DNA from: Synergistaceae bacterium | Lineage (GTDB): Bacteria > Synergistota > Synergistia > Synergistales > Aminobacteriaceae | Direction of reading: 5' to 3' | DNA: 48,029 nucleotides | Assembly: GCA_012519165.1 (NCBI GenBank) | Contig: JAAYQT010000033.1 | Location: forward strand, 1-48,029 | In this document: piece after piece, positions 29,938 to 39,917 of the stretch | Layout of the letters: every line of letters starts with the position of its first letter | Position numbering within the stretch: the first letter of the stretch is position 1 | The notes under the pieces: generated by a model | The model's database searches: none | The model's input: only the letters and a program-made list of their open reading frames with translations | What the model was told of the DNA's origin: nothing | Translations under genes and position numbers: made by a program

Positions 29938-30685
29938 GACGAAAAAAAAGGGAACCTCCCTCTCGGAGCTGCTAAGAACTCTCTACCTTCACGACCTGGA
30001 GTTCTGTATGCTGATGTCCCCCGACGAGGAGGACCCTCCCGTCTTCACCAAGGATCAGATAATATCCGTTCTCGAGAAGGACGCAGGAGAGAGGAGCGCG
30101 TGGGAGCTGACAGGCCTCTGCTCCTTCTATTCCACCCTCGACGCCCTCCTTGAGAAAAAAATTCTGAACGACCGTACTGAAGTCTTTGTAATCCAGAAGG
30201 AGGATTCGGGGATTTTACCCGTTTCCTCCATACGGGAGCGGGAAGAGGGAAAAGAACCCCCTGAAGGCGAAGACCGGCCCTCTTGGTGGGGCGCTCCCGT
30301 CCCCTTCGTCTCCTGGAAAAAAGGCGCCCTTCTGTCCAACGGCGCCGCCGAAGAACTGCTGGGGGGCGCGGAGGTAAAAAAAGGCAGGGGACCCGAGTTT
30401 GTCCGGGAGCTGGAGGACGGAAGATGCCTGTTGTTCAGAAGAATTCACCCTTCTGTCTACTTTGTGGAGGACGTATCGGAGGACCTTGCCAAGGCCAGGG
30501 AGATGGCCTGGTGGGCGGCGGCGGGCAGGGCCTTTGCGGCCGCCCTTGAAGAAAGAGGCGGAGCGGCGGAGCGGGTGGATAAACCCGCGGCCTTGCCCGG
30601 GGATGGCGCGGTGGAGTTTTTGCGGTGTTCCTGGGACGGGGAAGATCTGGGGTACCTGAGGGTGGATCATGGGAATAAAGCATGA
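29927..30685 (+). CDS. Hypothetical protein with possible CBS-like and PAS-like segments
   Basis: 252 aa ORF overlapping both neighbours. NGAAEELLG and VEDVSE are PAS-like motifs. Confidence 0.7.
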   Translation: MAGKTKKKGTSLSELLRTLYLHDLEFCMLMSPDEEDPPVFTKDQIISVLEKDAGERSAWELTGLCSFYSTLDALLEKKILNDRTEVFVIQKEDSGILPVSSIREREEGKEPPEGEDRPSWWGAPVPFVSWKKGALLSNGAAEELLGGAEVKKGRGPEFVRELEDGRCLLFRRIHPSVYFVEDVSEDLAKAREMAWWAAAGRAFAAALEERGGAAERVDKPAALPGDGAVEFLRCSWDGEDLGYLRVDHGNKA

Positions 30686-31214
30686 TGCTCCCCCTTTCTA
30701 CCCCGTAATCCTTATTGCCGGCGTCCTGTACCCGGATGAGGCTATGTGGAGGTGGACGGAGGAGAAGCTCGCGGCGCTGTGGGGGTCCCCCCCGGACGTC
30801 AGCGAAGGCTTCCCCTTCACATCTACGGACTACTACAAAGAGATATCCCCGTCCCTTACCCGGCGCTTTCTCTCCTTTCCGGGCCTGCGGGACGGCGGAC
30901 TGCTCCCGGACTGGAAGCTGGCCGCATGCGAAATTGAGAGGGAGAGCAGGGCGCCGGTACGGGCAGTCAATATCGACCCCGGCTACGTGGACGGCGCAAG
31001 GCTGGTACTGGCCTCCACCAAGGACCACGCCCACCGAATCTACGTGGGCAGGGGGATACACGCAGAGGTTACCATGAGATACAGGTTCCGGCGGTGGGAG
31101 CCCTTCGACTACACCTTTCCCGATTTTGCCGGAGGCCTTTATAATGACTTTTTATCCGCAGCCAGGGAAAGATGGCTGAAAGATATGGAATCAAGGAGGA
31201 AGGCCCGTGATTGA
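30669..31214 (+). CDS. DUF4416 family protein
   Basis: TDYYKE, RAVNIDPGY, LVLASTKDHAHRIY, YTFPDF. Confidence 0.8.
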   Translation: MGIKHDAPPFYPVILIAGVLYPDEAMWRWTEEKLAALWGSPPDVSEGFPFTSTDYYKEISPSLTRRFLSFPGLRDGGLLPDWKLAACEIERESRAPVRAVNIDPGYVDGARLVLASTKDHAHRIYVGRGIHAEVTMRYRFRRWEPFDYTFPDFAGGLYNDFLSAARERWLKDMESRRKARD

Positions 31215-32502
31215 GAGATACCGTACCAGGGAGATGACCGCCCTTTGGGGGGAGGAAAATAAATTTTCCGTATGGCTTGAGGTGGAGCTTGCCGTATGCA
31301 GGGCCTGGATGGAAAAGGGGGTAATCCCCGGGGAGGCCTACGATGACATCGTCTCCAAAGCTTCCTTTGACATAGACAGGATCAATGAAATTGAAGCCCG
31401 GGTAAACCACGACGTGGTGGCCTTTGTCTCCTCCGTGGCCGAAAAAGTGGGTGAGAACGGAAGGTACGTCCACCTCGGCCTTACCAGCAGCGATGTGCTT
31501 GATACCGCCTCCTCCGCCCTGCTTAAGCGGTCTTTCGGGGTGGTAAGGGAGAAAACCGCCCGGCTCGCCCGGGCCGTAAGAAAAAAGGCGGAGGAGTTCA
31601 AGTACGTCCCCTGCGCCGGGAGGACCCACGGAATCCACGGGGAACCCTACTCCTTCGGTCTTAAGATGCTTAACTGGCTCTACCAGCTTCAGAGGGACGA
31701 GGAGCGGCTGGAGCTCGCCGAGGAGCAGGTAAGTTACGGTAAGATCTCCGGCTCGGTGGGCGGCTATGCCCACTGCGACCCCTCCATTGAAAAACGGGTA
31801 TGCGAGCTCATGGGCCTGAAGCCCGCCCTTGTCTCCACCCAGATTCTACAGCGGGACCGCCACGCAAACGCCCTTACCGCCATAGCCCTCCTGGGGGGCG
31901 CACTGGAGCGGTTTGCCACTGAAATCCGCCATCTTCAGCGAACCGAGGTAATGGAGGCCATGGAGCCCTTCAGGGCAGGGCAGAAGGGCTCAAGTTCCAT
32001 GCCCCACAAGCGTAACCCCATTCTTTGCGAGCGGATATGCGGCATGAGCCGGGCGCTGAGGGGGTACGCCCTCACCGCCATGGAAAACATGGCCCTCTGG
32101 CACGAAAGGGACATCAGTCACTCGTCTGCGGAGAGGATCATATGGCCCGACGCCTTCCACCTTATAACCTACATGCTGGACAGAATGATCAATATTGTAG
32201 ATAACATGGTTGTTAACAAGGAAAAAATGAGGGAAAATCTTGATATAACAAAGGGGCTGGTCTACAGCCAGAGGATTCTGCTGGACCTCGTTGGCCGTTT
32301 CGGTCTTTCGAGGGAGGAGGCTTACGCCATAGTCCAGGAGAACTCCATGAAGTGCTGGGAGGGGAAAGCGACCTTCCGCGAGCTTCTGGCCGGGGACGAA
32401 AGAATCGCCTCCAGGCTCTCCGCGGAGGAGCTGGACGAGTTCTTCGACCCGTCTTACTATTTAAGGTACGTGGACGACATATTTGCACGTTTCAACCGGT
32501 AG
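31207..32502 (+). CDS. purB: Adenylosuccinate lyase
   Basis: MIERY, HDVVAF, HLGLTSSD, GRTHGIH, GSSSMPHKRNP, WHERDISHSS. Confidence 0.97.
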   Translation: MIERYRTREMTALWGEENKFSVWLEVELAVCRAWMEKGVIPGEAYDDIVSKASFDIDRINEIEARVNHDVVAFVSSVAEKVGENGRYVHLGLTSSDVLDTASSALLKRSFGVVREKTARLARAVRKKAEEFKYVPCAGRTHGIHGEPYSFGLKMLNWLYQLQRDEERLELAEEQVSYGKISGSVGGYAHCDPSIEKRVCELMGLKPALVSTQILQRDRHANALTAIALLGGALERFATEIRHLQRTEVMEAMEPFRAGQKGSSSMPHKRNPILCERICGMSRALRGYALTAMENMALWHERDISHSSAERIIWPDAFHLITYMLDRMINIVDNMVVNKEKMRENLDITKGLVYSQRILLDLVGRFGLSREEAYAIVQENSMKCWEGKATFRELLAGDERIASRLSAEELDEFFDPSYYLRYVDDIFARFNR

Positions 32503-32537
32503 CAGGACAACATAAAATCCAATCGGGAGGAGATAGT

Positions 32538-33536
32538 ATGTTTGCTGCTGACAGGAATATTGCGCTTGAGCTGGTAAGGGCCACGGAAGCGGCGGCCATG
32601 GCGGCCGGACGGTGGATGGGGCGGGGAGACAAGAACGCCGTGGACGGGGCGGCGGTAAACGCCCTTAGGTACTTTCTGAATACCGCCAGCATCTGCGGCG
32701 TTGTGGTCATCGGGGAGGGCGAGAAGGACGAGGCGCCCATGCTCTACAACGGCGAGGTGCTTGGCGCGGAGAAGTACCCCGAGGTGGATATTGCCGTGGA
32801 CCCCATCGACGGGACCCGCCTTACAGCCCTGGGCTTGTCGGGCGCCATAAGCGTGGTGGCTCTGTCTGAAAAGGGCACCATGTTCAACCCGAAAAACATA
32901 TTTTACATGAACAAACTGGTGGTCGGTCCCGAAGCCGCCCACGCCATAGACATCAACCTCTCTCCGGCGGAGAACGTGGCCAGGGTGGCGGAGGCTAAGG
33001 GAAAGGCCCTGGACGACATAACGGTTGTCATTCTGGACCGCCCCAGGCACGAAGAATTAAAGACCGCAATCAGGGAAGTGGGAGCAAGAATTAAGCTCAT
33101 TCCCGACGGCGACATCGGCGGCGCCCTGCTGACCTGCAAGGACCACGGCGGCGCAGACCTCCTCATGGGCATCGGCGGCTCTCCCGAGGCGGTGATTACC
33201 GCCTGCGCCATAAAATGCCTTGAGGGAAACATGCAGTGCAAACTCTGGCCAAGAAATGAAGAGGATATCGCCGAAAGCCGCAAAAGAGGTCTGGACCTGG
33301 ACCAGGTGCTCTCCATCGACGACCTGGTAAGGGGCGACAACGTTTTCTTTGCCGCCACCGGAGTAACCGACGGGGACTTCCTGAAGGGAGTCCGTTACGA
33401 AGGCCGGGAGATTCGGACAAGCTCCATGGTTATGAGATCAAAGAGCGGAACCATACGCTTCGTAGACAGCATCCACATGCCCAAGAAGCTTTCCGAACTC
33501 TCGAAGATGAGCGGCATAGAATACAGCACCGTCTGA
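32538..33536 (+). CDS. glpX: Class II fructose-1,6-bisphosphatase
   Basis: VIGEGEKDEAPML, DPIDGT, YMNKL, DRPRH, ATGVTDG. ATG at 32538 after GGAGGAG. Confidence 0.96.
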   Translation: MFAADRNIALELVRATEAAAMAAGRWMGRGDKNAVDGAAVNALRYFLNTASICGVVVIGEGEKDEAPMLYNGEVLGAEKYPEVDIAVDPIDGTRLTALGLSGAISVVALSEKGTMFNPKNIFYMNKLVVGPEAAHAIDINLSPAENVARVAEAKGKALDDITVVILDRPRHEELKTAIREVGARIKLIPDGDIGGALLTCKDHGGADLLMGIGGSPEAVITACAIKCLEGNMQCKLWPRNEEDIAESRKRGLDLDQVLSIDDLVRGDNVFFAATGVTDGDFLKGVRYEGREIRTSSMVMRSKSGTIRFVDSIHMPKKLSELSKMSGIEYSTV

Positions 33537-33545
33537 TTAAAATGC

Positions 33546-33578
33546 GGCAGGGGAGGGGATTATTTCTCCTCCCCCGCC
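33546..33578. terminator. Hairpin between convergent glpX and hypF (probable bidirectional terminator)
   Basis: GGC-A-GGGGAGGGGA-TTATT-TCTCCTCCCC-C-GCC. Confidence 0.6.
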
Positions 33579-33581
33579 TCT

Positions 33582-35864
33582 CTATCGGCCTCTCCTTAAA
33601 ATCTCCCGCGCCGCGGCTACCTGCCCTGCGGACACGCACTCGTCGTTGGGCGGGAGTAGCCTGTGGACCAGGGAGGTCATGCCCATTTCCTTCAAAAACC
33701 TGCGTGTGAAAGCAAGCAGTCTTCTGTTCTGCCAAACTCCCCCCGATAGAACGACTTCCATCAGCCCTGTCTTTTCGCTCAGAAGTCCGCAGGCGCGGGC
33801 CGTAGCCCGTGCCAGGCCCGTGTGCACCGCCCCGGCCAACAGCTCTGCAGAAATGCCCTTTTTGTTCTCCACAAGCCACCTTACGGCGGGCCTCCAGTCC
33901 AGAACAAGGACCCCGTTATCCCATTTCAGGCCGAAGGGCGCCTCCAGGCTTCCTCCCATGGCAATCCCCTCAAGGGCCATGGCCGCCTCGCCGTCGAAGG
34001 AAGCCTCCTCGCACAGGCCCAGCAGAGAAGCCGCGCCGTCGAAAAACCTGCCGCAGGAGGTGGTAACCGGGGAGTGGGGCAGGGTTTTAATTATCAGGGG
34101 CGACTGGTCTTTTCGGCCGGGCCACAGCTCCCCTGCCAGCCGGAGGGCTTCGTCCCCGCCAAAAGTGGCGGCAAGCAGGGAGAGGGCGAAGCGCCAGGGT
34201 TCAAGTACGGCTTTGTCCCCGCCGGGCAGCGGGCAGGGGAGAAAGCAGCCGGCCCTGGTATAGTCTGAAGCGTCTCCCGCCAGAAACTCCCCGCCCCAGA
34301 TTGTCCCGTCGGGGCCGTAGCCCGTACCGTCAAAGATTGCTCCAAGTACGGGTCCCTCCCGGCCGTTCTCCAGCAGGCAGGCTGCCAGGTGGGCATGGTG
34401 GTGCTGCACGGCCACGCGGCCGCCGTTGAAAACCGGCTGGAACTTCAAGGCGGCGGCAGTGGACAAAAACTGGGGGTGGAGGTCGCAGGCCAGATATTCC
34501 GGCGTCAGTTCATAGAGCCGGATCATGTGCTCCAGCGCCCTGCCGTAGTATACCGCCGTCTCCCGCTGCTTCATGTCCCCCAGATACTGCCCCGGAAAAA
34601 GAAAATTCCCCCTGGAAATGCAAAAAGAGGCCTTCATCTCCGCCCCGGCTCCCAGGATTACGGGCAGGCTGTCTTTTACCGCCATGGGGGCGGGGGTATA
34701 CCCCCGCGCTCTCCGCATGAGGAAGAAGGAGCGGCCCGTCGGGGCCGCCACCGAGTCGTCGATGGCCATGTAGATCTCCCTGTCGTGAAGCAGAAGGTAG
34801 TCTGCAATCCCCCCCAGTGCGGCCAGGGCCTTGTCGTTGGACGATACAATGGGCTCGTCCGAAAAATTTGCGCTGGTCATTACCAGGGCCCGTTTTCCCT
34901 GGAGGATGAGGTGGTGAAGGGGAGAGTAGGGCAGCATGATCCCCACCGTCTTCTGCCCCGGCGCCACCAGCGGCGACAGGGGGTAGTCCTTTCTTTTACA
35001 GCACAGTACTATGGGCTTCCTGGGCGACTCCAGCAGTTCTTTTGCCGCCACCGGGATATAGGCCAGCCGGGCGGCCTCCTCCATGGAGGAGGCCATTACC
35101 GCCAGGGGCTTGGACTTTCTCTTCTTGCGCTCCCGCAGCAGCCCTACGGCGCGGTCCTCAAAGGGCGAGCAGGCAATGTGAAACCCGCCGATGCCTTTTA
35201 TGGCAACAATATGGCCCTCGTCAAGAAGGGAGGAGCAGGTCCTTACCGCCTCGTCCCCCCGGCACAGGACCCCGCATCGCGAATCGGCAAGCCAGACTGA
35301 AGGTCCGCAGTCGAAGCAGGCGTCCGGCTGGGCGTGAAACCTTCTGTCGGAGGGGTCCCGGTACTCTCTTTCGCAGGCAGGGCACATGGCAAAGGAGGCC
35401 ATGGCGGTCTTGGGCCGGTCGTAGGGCAGGGCTTTTATTATGGTGTACCTGGGTCCGCAGTTGGTGCAGTTAATAAAGGGGTACCGGTACCTCCTGTCCG
35501 AAGGGTCGTTCATCTCCGCCAGGCAGTCGGCGCATACGGCCAGGTCCGGCGGAATAAGAACGGACTGGACCTCCTCCCGTTCGCTCTCCAAAATAACGAA
35601 GCCCGCGGCGGCCGGACCCTCCATGGGGGAGTTTTCTATGACCGCTACGGATGTGACCACCGAGGCGGGGGGATTTTCCGCCGCCAGCGCCGCCTCGTAC
35701 TGGTCCAGGGCTTCCCTCCCGCCGTACAGGTCCAGCCTCACTCCCCCCGAGGTGTTTTTAACAGATCCGTCAACTTTAAACTTTTCAGCAAGCCTTGCGC
35801 AAAAGGGGCGGAAGCCCACTCCCTGCACAATGCCCGAAACAAGAATTTTTCTGTGTAAAAGCAT
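33582..35864 (-). CDS. hypF: [NiFe]-hydrogenase maturation carbamoyltransferase HypF
   Basis: GIVQGVGFRP acylphosphatase-like domain, two Zn fingers (CADC..CTNCGPR; CPAC..HAQ..C..CGP), KGIGGF, QHHHAH, DGTGYG. ATG at 35864 after GGAGG. Confidence 0.96.
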   Translation of the reverse strand: MLLHRKILVSGIVQGVGFRPFCARLAEKFKVDGSVKNTSGGVRLDLYGGREALDQYEAALAAENPPASVVTSVAVIENSPMEGPAAAGFVILESEREEVQSVLIPPDLAVCADCLAEMNDPSDRRYRYPFINCTNCGPRYTIIKALPYDRPKTAMASFAMCPACEREYRDPSDRRFHAQPDACFDCGPSVWLADSRCGVLCRGDEAVRTCSSLLDEGHIVAIKGIGGFHIACSPFEDRAVGLLRERKKRKSKPLAVMASSMEEAARLAYIPVAAKELLESPRKPIVLCCKRKDYPLSPLVAPGQKTVGIMLPYSPLHHLILQGKRALVMTSANFSDEPIVSSNDKALAALGGIADYLLLHDREIYMAIDDSVAAPTGRSFFLMRRARGYTPAPMAVKDSLPVILGAGAEMKASFCISRGNFLFPGQYLGDMKQRETAVYYGRALEHMIRLYELTPEYLACDLHPQFLSTAAALKFQPVFNGGRVAVQHHHAHLAACLLENGREGPVLGAIFDGTGYGPDGTIWGGEFLAGDASDYTRAGCFLPCPLPGGDKAVLEPWRFALSLLAATFGGDEALRLAGELWPGRKDQSPLIIKTLPHSPVTTSCGRFFDGAASLLGLCEEASFDGEAAMALEGIAMGGSLEAPFGLKWDNGVLVLDWRPAVRWLVENKKGISAELLAGAVHTGLARATARACGLLSEKTGLMEVVLSGGVWQNRRLLAFTRRFLKEMGMTSLVHRLLPPNDECVSAGQVAAAREILRRGR

Positions 35865-35939
35865 TGACAAACCTCCGTTCTGACTGCATTGTAATATACA
35901 TGGAAAAGAGTGCATAGAGGGAACGGGGGTGGCGGGAAA

Positions 35940-36467
35940 ATGTCGATTTTGGATTTCGGTCTCATACAGGTCTACATGGGCGACGGCAAAGGGAAGACCA
36001 CCGGCGCCCTGGGCCTGGTTCTTCGAATGGCCGGGTGCGGCGGAAGAGTCGCCTTCATCCAGTTCATGAAGGGGTGGGAATACAGCGAGGTCAAAGGGCT
36101 TTCCTTTCTTCCGGGGGTCAGGCTGGTGCAGACGGGAAGGCCGGACTACATCTACCCCGGAAAAATCGACCCCCTCGACTACGCCGAAGCTGAGAGGGGG
36201 CTAAGGGCCGCAGGGGAGGCCATACTGTCCGGTCGTTACGACCTGGTGGTGCTGGACGAGATCAACGTGGCCCTCTCCTTCGGTCTGATCCCCCTGGACA
36301 GGGTGATAACCCTGCTGAAATCCAGGCCCCTTCACGTGGAAGTTGTCCTCACGGGCCGAACTCCGCCCCGTGAACTGGTAGAATTGGCTGATCTGGTGAC
36401 CGACATGACGGAGATAAAGCACCCTTTCAGCAGGGGAATCCTTGCCAGGAAAGGCATAGACTGCTAA
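35940..36467 (+). CDS. cobO: Cob(I)yrinic acid a,c-diamide adenosyltransferase (CobO/BtuR family)
   Basis: YMGDGKGKTT, QFMKG, LDEINVA, LTGR, KHPF..G...KGID. Confidence 0.9.
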   Translation: MSILDFGLIQVYMGDGKGKTTGALGLVLRMAGCGGRVAFIQFMKGWEYSEVKGLSFLPGVRLVQTGRPDYIYPGKIDPLDYAEAERGLRAAGEAILSGRYDLVVLDEINVALSFGLIPLDRVITLLKSRPLHVEVVLTGRTPPRELVELADLVTDMTEIKHPFSRGILARKGIDC

Positions 36468-36502
36468 AAAAACTTAAAAGAAAACACCGGGAGGAAGACT
36501 CT

Positions 36503-38905
36503 ATGGCTAAAATTATTGAAAAAAAACGGCTTCTGCCGGAGCAGCTCAGGAGAAAGACCGACGCAGGGTCCCTCGGTTTCAAAACAACGGACGACCTTAA
36601 ACCCCTTGAGGAGTTCATCGGGCAGAAAAGGGCCGTCTCGGCCATCTCCTTCGGCCTAGAAGTGGAGAGCAAGGGTTACAACATATTTGTCCTGGGAAAC
36701 CCGGGAAGCGGCAGAACTACCTACTCCCTGGAGAGGCTGAAGGCGGCCTCGGAAAAGCAGCCCGCCCCCGATGACTGGGTATACGTCTACAACTTTGACG
36801 AGCCCGGCAGACCCCTGGCGGTCAACCTCCCCGCAGGAAAGGGAAAGGCCATGGGCGCCGCCTTCGACGACCTTATCGAGGAGCTCAAAGTGGCCATCAG
36901 CAAGGCCTTCGAGAAGAGCCAGTACGAGGACGCCAAGGCCCAGCTCGTCAAGGAGTTCCAGGAGGAGGTCAACGGCCTCATGGAGGAGGTAAAGGCCTGG
37001 GCGGCGGAGAAGCAGTTCTCCCTGAAGAGGACCCCCCAGGGCTTTGTCAATATCCCCCTCACAGAGGAAAAGAGTGAGGACGGGGCGGTCGTGAAGCGGG
37101 AGATTCAGCAGGAGGAGTTTGAAGCCCTCTCGGAGGATGAACAGAAGGAGTGGCAGAAAAAATCCGAGGAGGTCTCCCAGAAGACCCTGGATACCCTAAG
37201 AAGCATCAGGGATCTTGAAAAGGGGCTTAAGGACAGGATAGTAAAGCTGGAGGCAGAAATATGCAGAAACGCCATAACCCCCTACCTCCAGGATGTAAAA
37301 GAAAAATTCGGCTCCACGGAGGAGCTCTCCGCCTGGCTGGATGCCCTGGCAGAGGATATTATTGAAAATTTCGGCATGTTCGTGGCGGCGGTAAAGGACG
37401 AAAATGCCGACGTGGATTTTACCCGCTATACCGTGAACGTTTTTGTATGCAACGATCCGGAGGAGGGGTCGCCCGTCATATGGGAGACCAACCCCACTTA
37501 CTACAATCTTTCCGGCAAGGTGGAGTACGAAAGCCGCCAGGGCTATCTTTACACCGACTTCAAAAAAATTGTCGCAGGGGCCTTCCAGAAGGCCAACGGC
37601 GGCTACCTGGTGCTGGATGCGGAAAAGGTTCTGCTTAACTTCATGTCCTGGGAGGCGCTGAAACGGGTGCTCAGAACAGGGGAGGCCAATATTGAAAACC
37701 TGGGCGAACAGTACGGCGCCGTTCCCGTGTCCTCCCTGAGGCCCCAGCCCATCCCCATAAAACTTAAGGTGGTTATGGTGGGGACTCCCTACCTCTACGC
37801 CCTGCTCCAGTACTACGATCCCGAGTTTCAGAAGATGTTCAAAATAAAGGCGGACTTTGACACGGACATGGAAAGGACGTCAGAGAACGAGCTCAAGATG
37901 GCCCAGTTCGTGGCAAGCTGCCTCAGGCGGGAGAACGGGCTGCCCTTCGAGGCGGAGGCGGTGGCGGAGGTAATAGACTGGGCGGCCCGAATGGCTGACG
38001 ACCAGGGCAGGATTTCCACCGAATTCAGCAAGATTTCGGACATTATCGTTGAATCCTTGGCCTGGGCCAAGGCGGAAGGGGCGCCGGCGGTATCGGACAT
38101 CCACGTTAGAAAGGCCGTCGAGGAGAAAAAATTCCGGTCCAGCCTTATCCAGGAAAAAATCTCCAGGGCCTTCGAAGACGGGGTAATCCGCATTGATACG
38201 TCCGGCGAGGTTACGGGCCAGATCAACGGCCTCTCAGTGGTGGATCTCATGGACTACCGGTTCGGGCACCCCTCCAGGATAACGGCCAACGTCTACATGG
38301 GCCAGGAGGGCGTGGTCAACATAGAGCGCGAGGTAAAACTTACAGGACCCATTCACAACAAGGGTCTCATGATCCTCACCAGCTACCTGGGAAGAAAGTA
38401 CGCCCAGGACATGCCCCTGTCCCTTTCAGCCAAAGTTACTTTTGAACAGGTTTACGGCGGTATTGAAGGGGACAGCGCGTCTTCCACGGAGCTTTACTGC
38501 CTGCTGTCCGCCCTTTCCGATACTCCCCTTAAGCAGGGGTTCGCCGTCACGGGCTCGGTGGACCAGTTCGGAAACATTCAGCCTATCGGAGGGGTAAACG
38601 AAAAGATTGAAGGGTTTTTTGAGTACTGCGACTTCCGGGGCCTCACCGGAGAACAGGGAGTCATTATTCCCGTTCAGAACGTGCGGCACCTCATGCTGGA
38701 GGAAAAAGTCCTGTCAGCGGTTATGGAAGGCAGGTTCAACGTCTACGCAGTATCCTCCATAGACGAGGGTATTGAGCTGTTGACGGGGGTTTCGGCGGCA
38801 ACTATCCACCGGAAGGTAAAAAACAGATTGAAGAAATGGATGGAGGAGGCCGCAAAGCTTAAAGAGAAGTACAAGCTGGAGACCGGCAAAAAGAACGATG
38901 ACTGA
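36503..38905 (+). CDS. Lon-like protease (LonC type) with S16 protease domain
   Basis: GQKRA, Walker A-like GNPGSGRTT, KANGGYL, Ser-Lys dyad GDSASS...GGVNEKIEGF. Confidence 0.88.
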   Translation: MAKIIEKKRLLPEQLRRKTDAGSLGFKTTDDLKPLEEFIGQKRAVSAISFGLEVESKGYNIFVLGNPGSGRTTYSLERLKAASEKQPAPDDWVYVYNFDEPGRPLAVNLPAGKGKAMGAAFDDLIEELKVAISKAFEKSQYEDAKAQLVKEFQEEVNGLMEEVKAWAAEKQFSLKRTPQGFVNIPLTEEKSEDGAVVKREIQQEEFEALSEDEQKEWQKKSEEVSQKTLDTLRSIRDLEKGLKDRIVKLEAEICRNAITPYLQDVKEKFGSTEELSAWLDALAEDIIENFGMFVAAVKDENADVDFTRYTVNVFVCNDPEEGSPVIWETNPTYYNLSGKVEYESRQGYLYTDFKKIVAGAFQKANGGYLVLDAEKVLLNFMSWEALKRVLRTGEANIENLGEQYGAVPVSSLRPQPIPIKLKVVMVGTPYLYALLQYYDPEFQKMFKIKADFDTDMERTSENELKMAQFVASCLRRENGLPFEAEAVAEVIDWAARMADDQGRISTEFSKISDIIVESLAWAKAEGAPAVSDIHVRKAVEEKKFRSSLIQEKISRAFEDGVIRIDTSGEVTGQINGLSVVDLMDYRFGHPSRITANVYMGQEGVVNIEREVKLTGPIHNKGLMILTSYLGRKYAQDMPLSLSAKVTFEQVYGGIEGDSASSTELYCLLSALSDTPLKQGFAVTGSVDQFGNIQPIGGVNEKIEGFFEYCDFRGLTGEQGVIIPVQNVRHLMLEEKVLSAVMEGRFNVYAVSSIDEGIELLTGVSAATIHRKVKNRLKKWMEEAAKLKEKYKLETGKKNDD

Positions 38906-39590
38906 CGAGCTTTTCCAAAGGCCGGAAAATATAGACAAAGTCTTCGGGATCCTCGAAGAACTGTGGGGAAACGAGGCCAAAAACCCGGATCTTGGCCATG
39001 AAGAGCCCCTGGACGGGCTGATTCTTACCCTGCTCTCCCAGAACACCAACGACACTAACAGGGACAGGGGGTTTGAGGCCCTTAAGACGGCCTACCCGGA
39101 GTGGGACGCCGCAGCGGCCGCCACCAAAGAGGAGATTGCGGACTGCATAAGGGTTGCGGGGCTGGCAAATACCAAGTCTGAACGGATGCTCCTCATCCTT
39201 GAAAAGGTGCGGGAGACGTTTGGCCTGTACTCCCTCAAGGGGTTGAAGGAGTGGAGCGACGAGGATGCGCGGGCGTACCTGGGTGCTCTGCCCGGAATCG
39301 GCGCCAAGACCGCCGCCTGCGTTATGCTCTTCGACCTGGACAAGAGCGCCTTTCCGGTGGACACCCACATAGCCAGATTTTGCAGGCGCATGGAGTGGGC
39401 GTCGGAAAAAACGGCTCCCGAACACATGCAGTCCCTCCTTGAGGCGTGGGTTCCCCGGGAAAGATTTCTCGGGGGACACATCAACATAATTGAGCACGGA
39501 CGGAACCTGTGCAGCGCAAGAAAGCCCCGGTGCGGAAAGTGCCCCCTGGCCGGCCTTTGCCCCTACTTTACAAAGACCGGGGCCCTCTGA
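38898..39590 (+). CDS. nth: Endonuclease III family HhH-GPD DNA glycosylase
   Basis: LSQNT, LPGIGAKTA, VDTHIAR, C-x6-C-x2-C-x5-C [4Fe-4S] motif. Confidence 0.85.
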   Translation: MTDELFQRPENIDKVFGILEELWGNEAKNPDLGHEEPLDGLILTLLSQNTNDTNRDRGFEALKTAYPEWDAAAAATKEEIADCIRVAGLANTKSERMLLILEKVRETFGLYSLKGLKEWSDEDARAYLGALPGIGAKTAACVMLFDLDKSAFPVDTHIARFCRRMEWASEKTAPEHMQSLLEAWVPRERFLGGHINIIEHGRNLCSARKPRCGKCPLAGLCPYFTKTGAL

Positions 39591-39608
39591 CGGGGGTCCC
39601 GGTCCTTT
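39572..39608. terminator. Bidirectional hairpin between nth and yerC
   Basis: GACCGGGGCCCTC-TGAC-GGGGGTCCCGGTC flanked by AAA and TTT. Confidence 0.6.
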
Positions 39609-39620
39609 AAATCCCCTGAA

Positions 39621-39917
39621 TTACTGCTCCCTGGCCTTTATCCTCTCCAGGACGGTCTTGTATCCGTCAGCGCCGTATTCCAGAAATTTTTTAACCCTGC
39701 TTATGGTGGCGGTGCTGGCTCCGGTCTGCTGGGCTATCTGGGGATAGGTGTAACCCTCGCTGAGCAGCCTTGAAACCTCCAGCCGCTGTGACAGGGCCCT
39801 GATCTCCCCGATGGTGGCCACGTCTTCCAGGAAGCTGTATACTTCCTCGGGGGTCTGAAGGCTAAGAAACGCCTGGCAGAGCTGATCGGTCAACTTGTCT
39901 TTCCACTTTTCAAGCAT
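39621..39917 (-). CDS. yerC: YerC/YecD TrpR-family regulator (HisR-like)
   Basis: FLEDVATIGEIRALSQRLEV...GASTATISRVKKFLEYGADGY. AAGGAGG RBS. Confidence 0.9.
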   Translation of the reverse strand: MLEKWKDKLTDQLCQAFLSLQTPEEVYSFLEDVATIGEIRALSQRLEVSRLLSEGYTYPQIAQQTGASTATISRVKKFLEYGADGYKTVLERIKAREQ

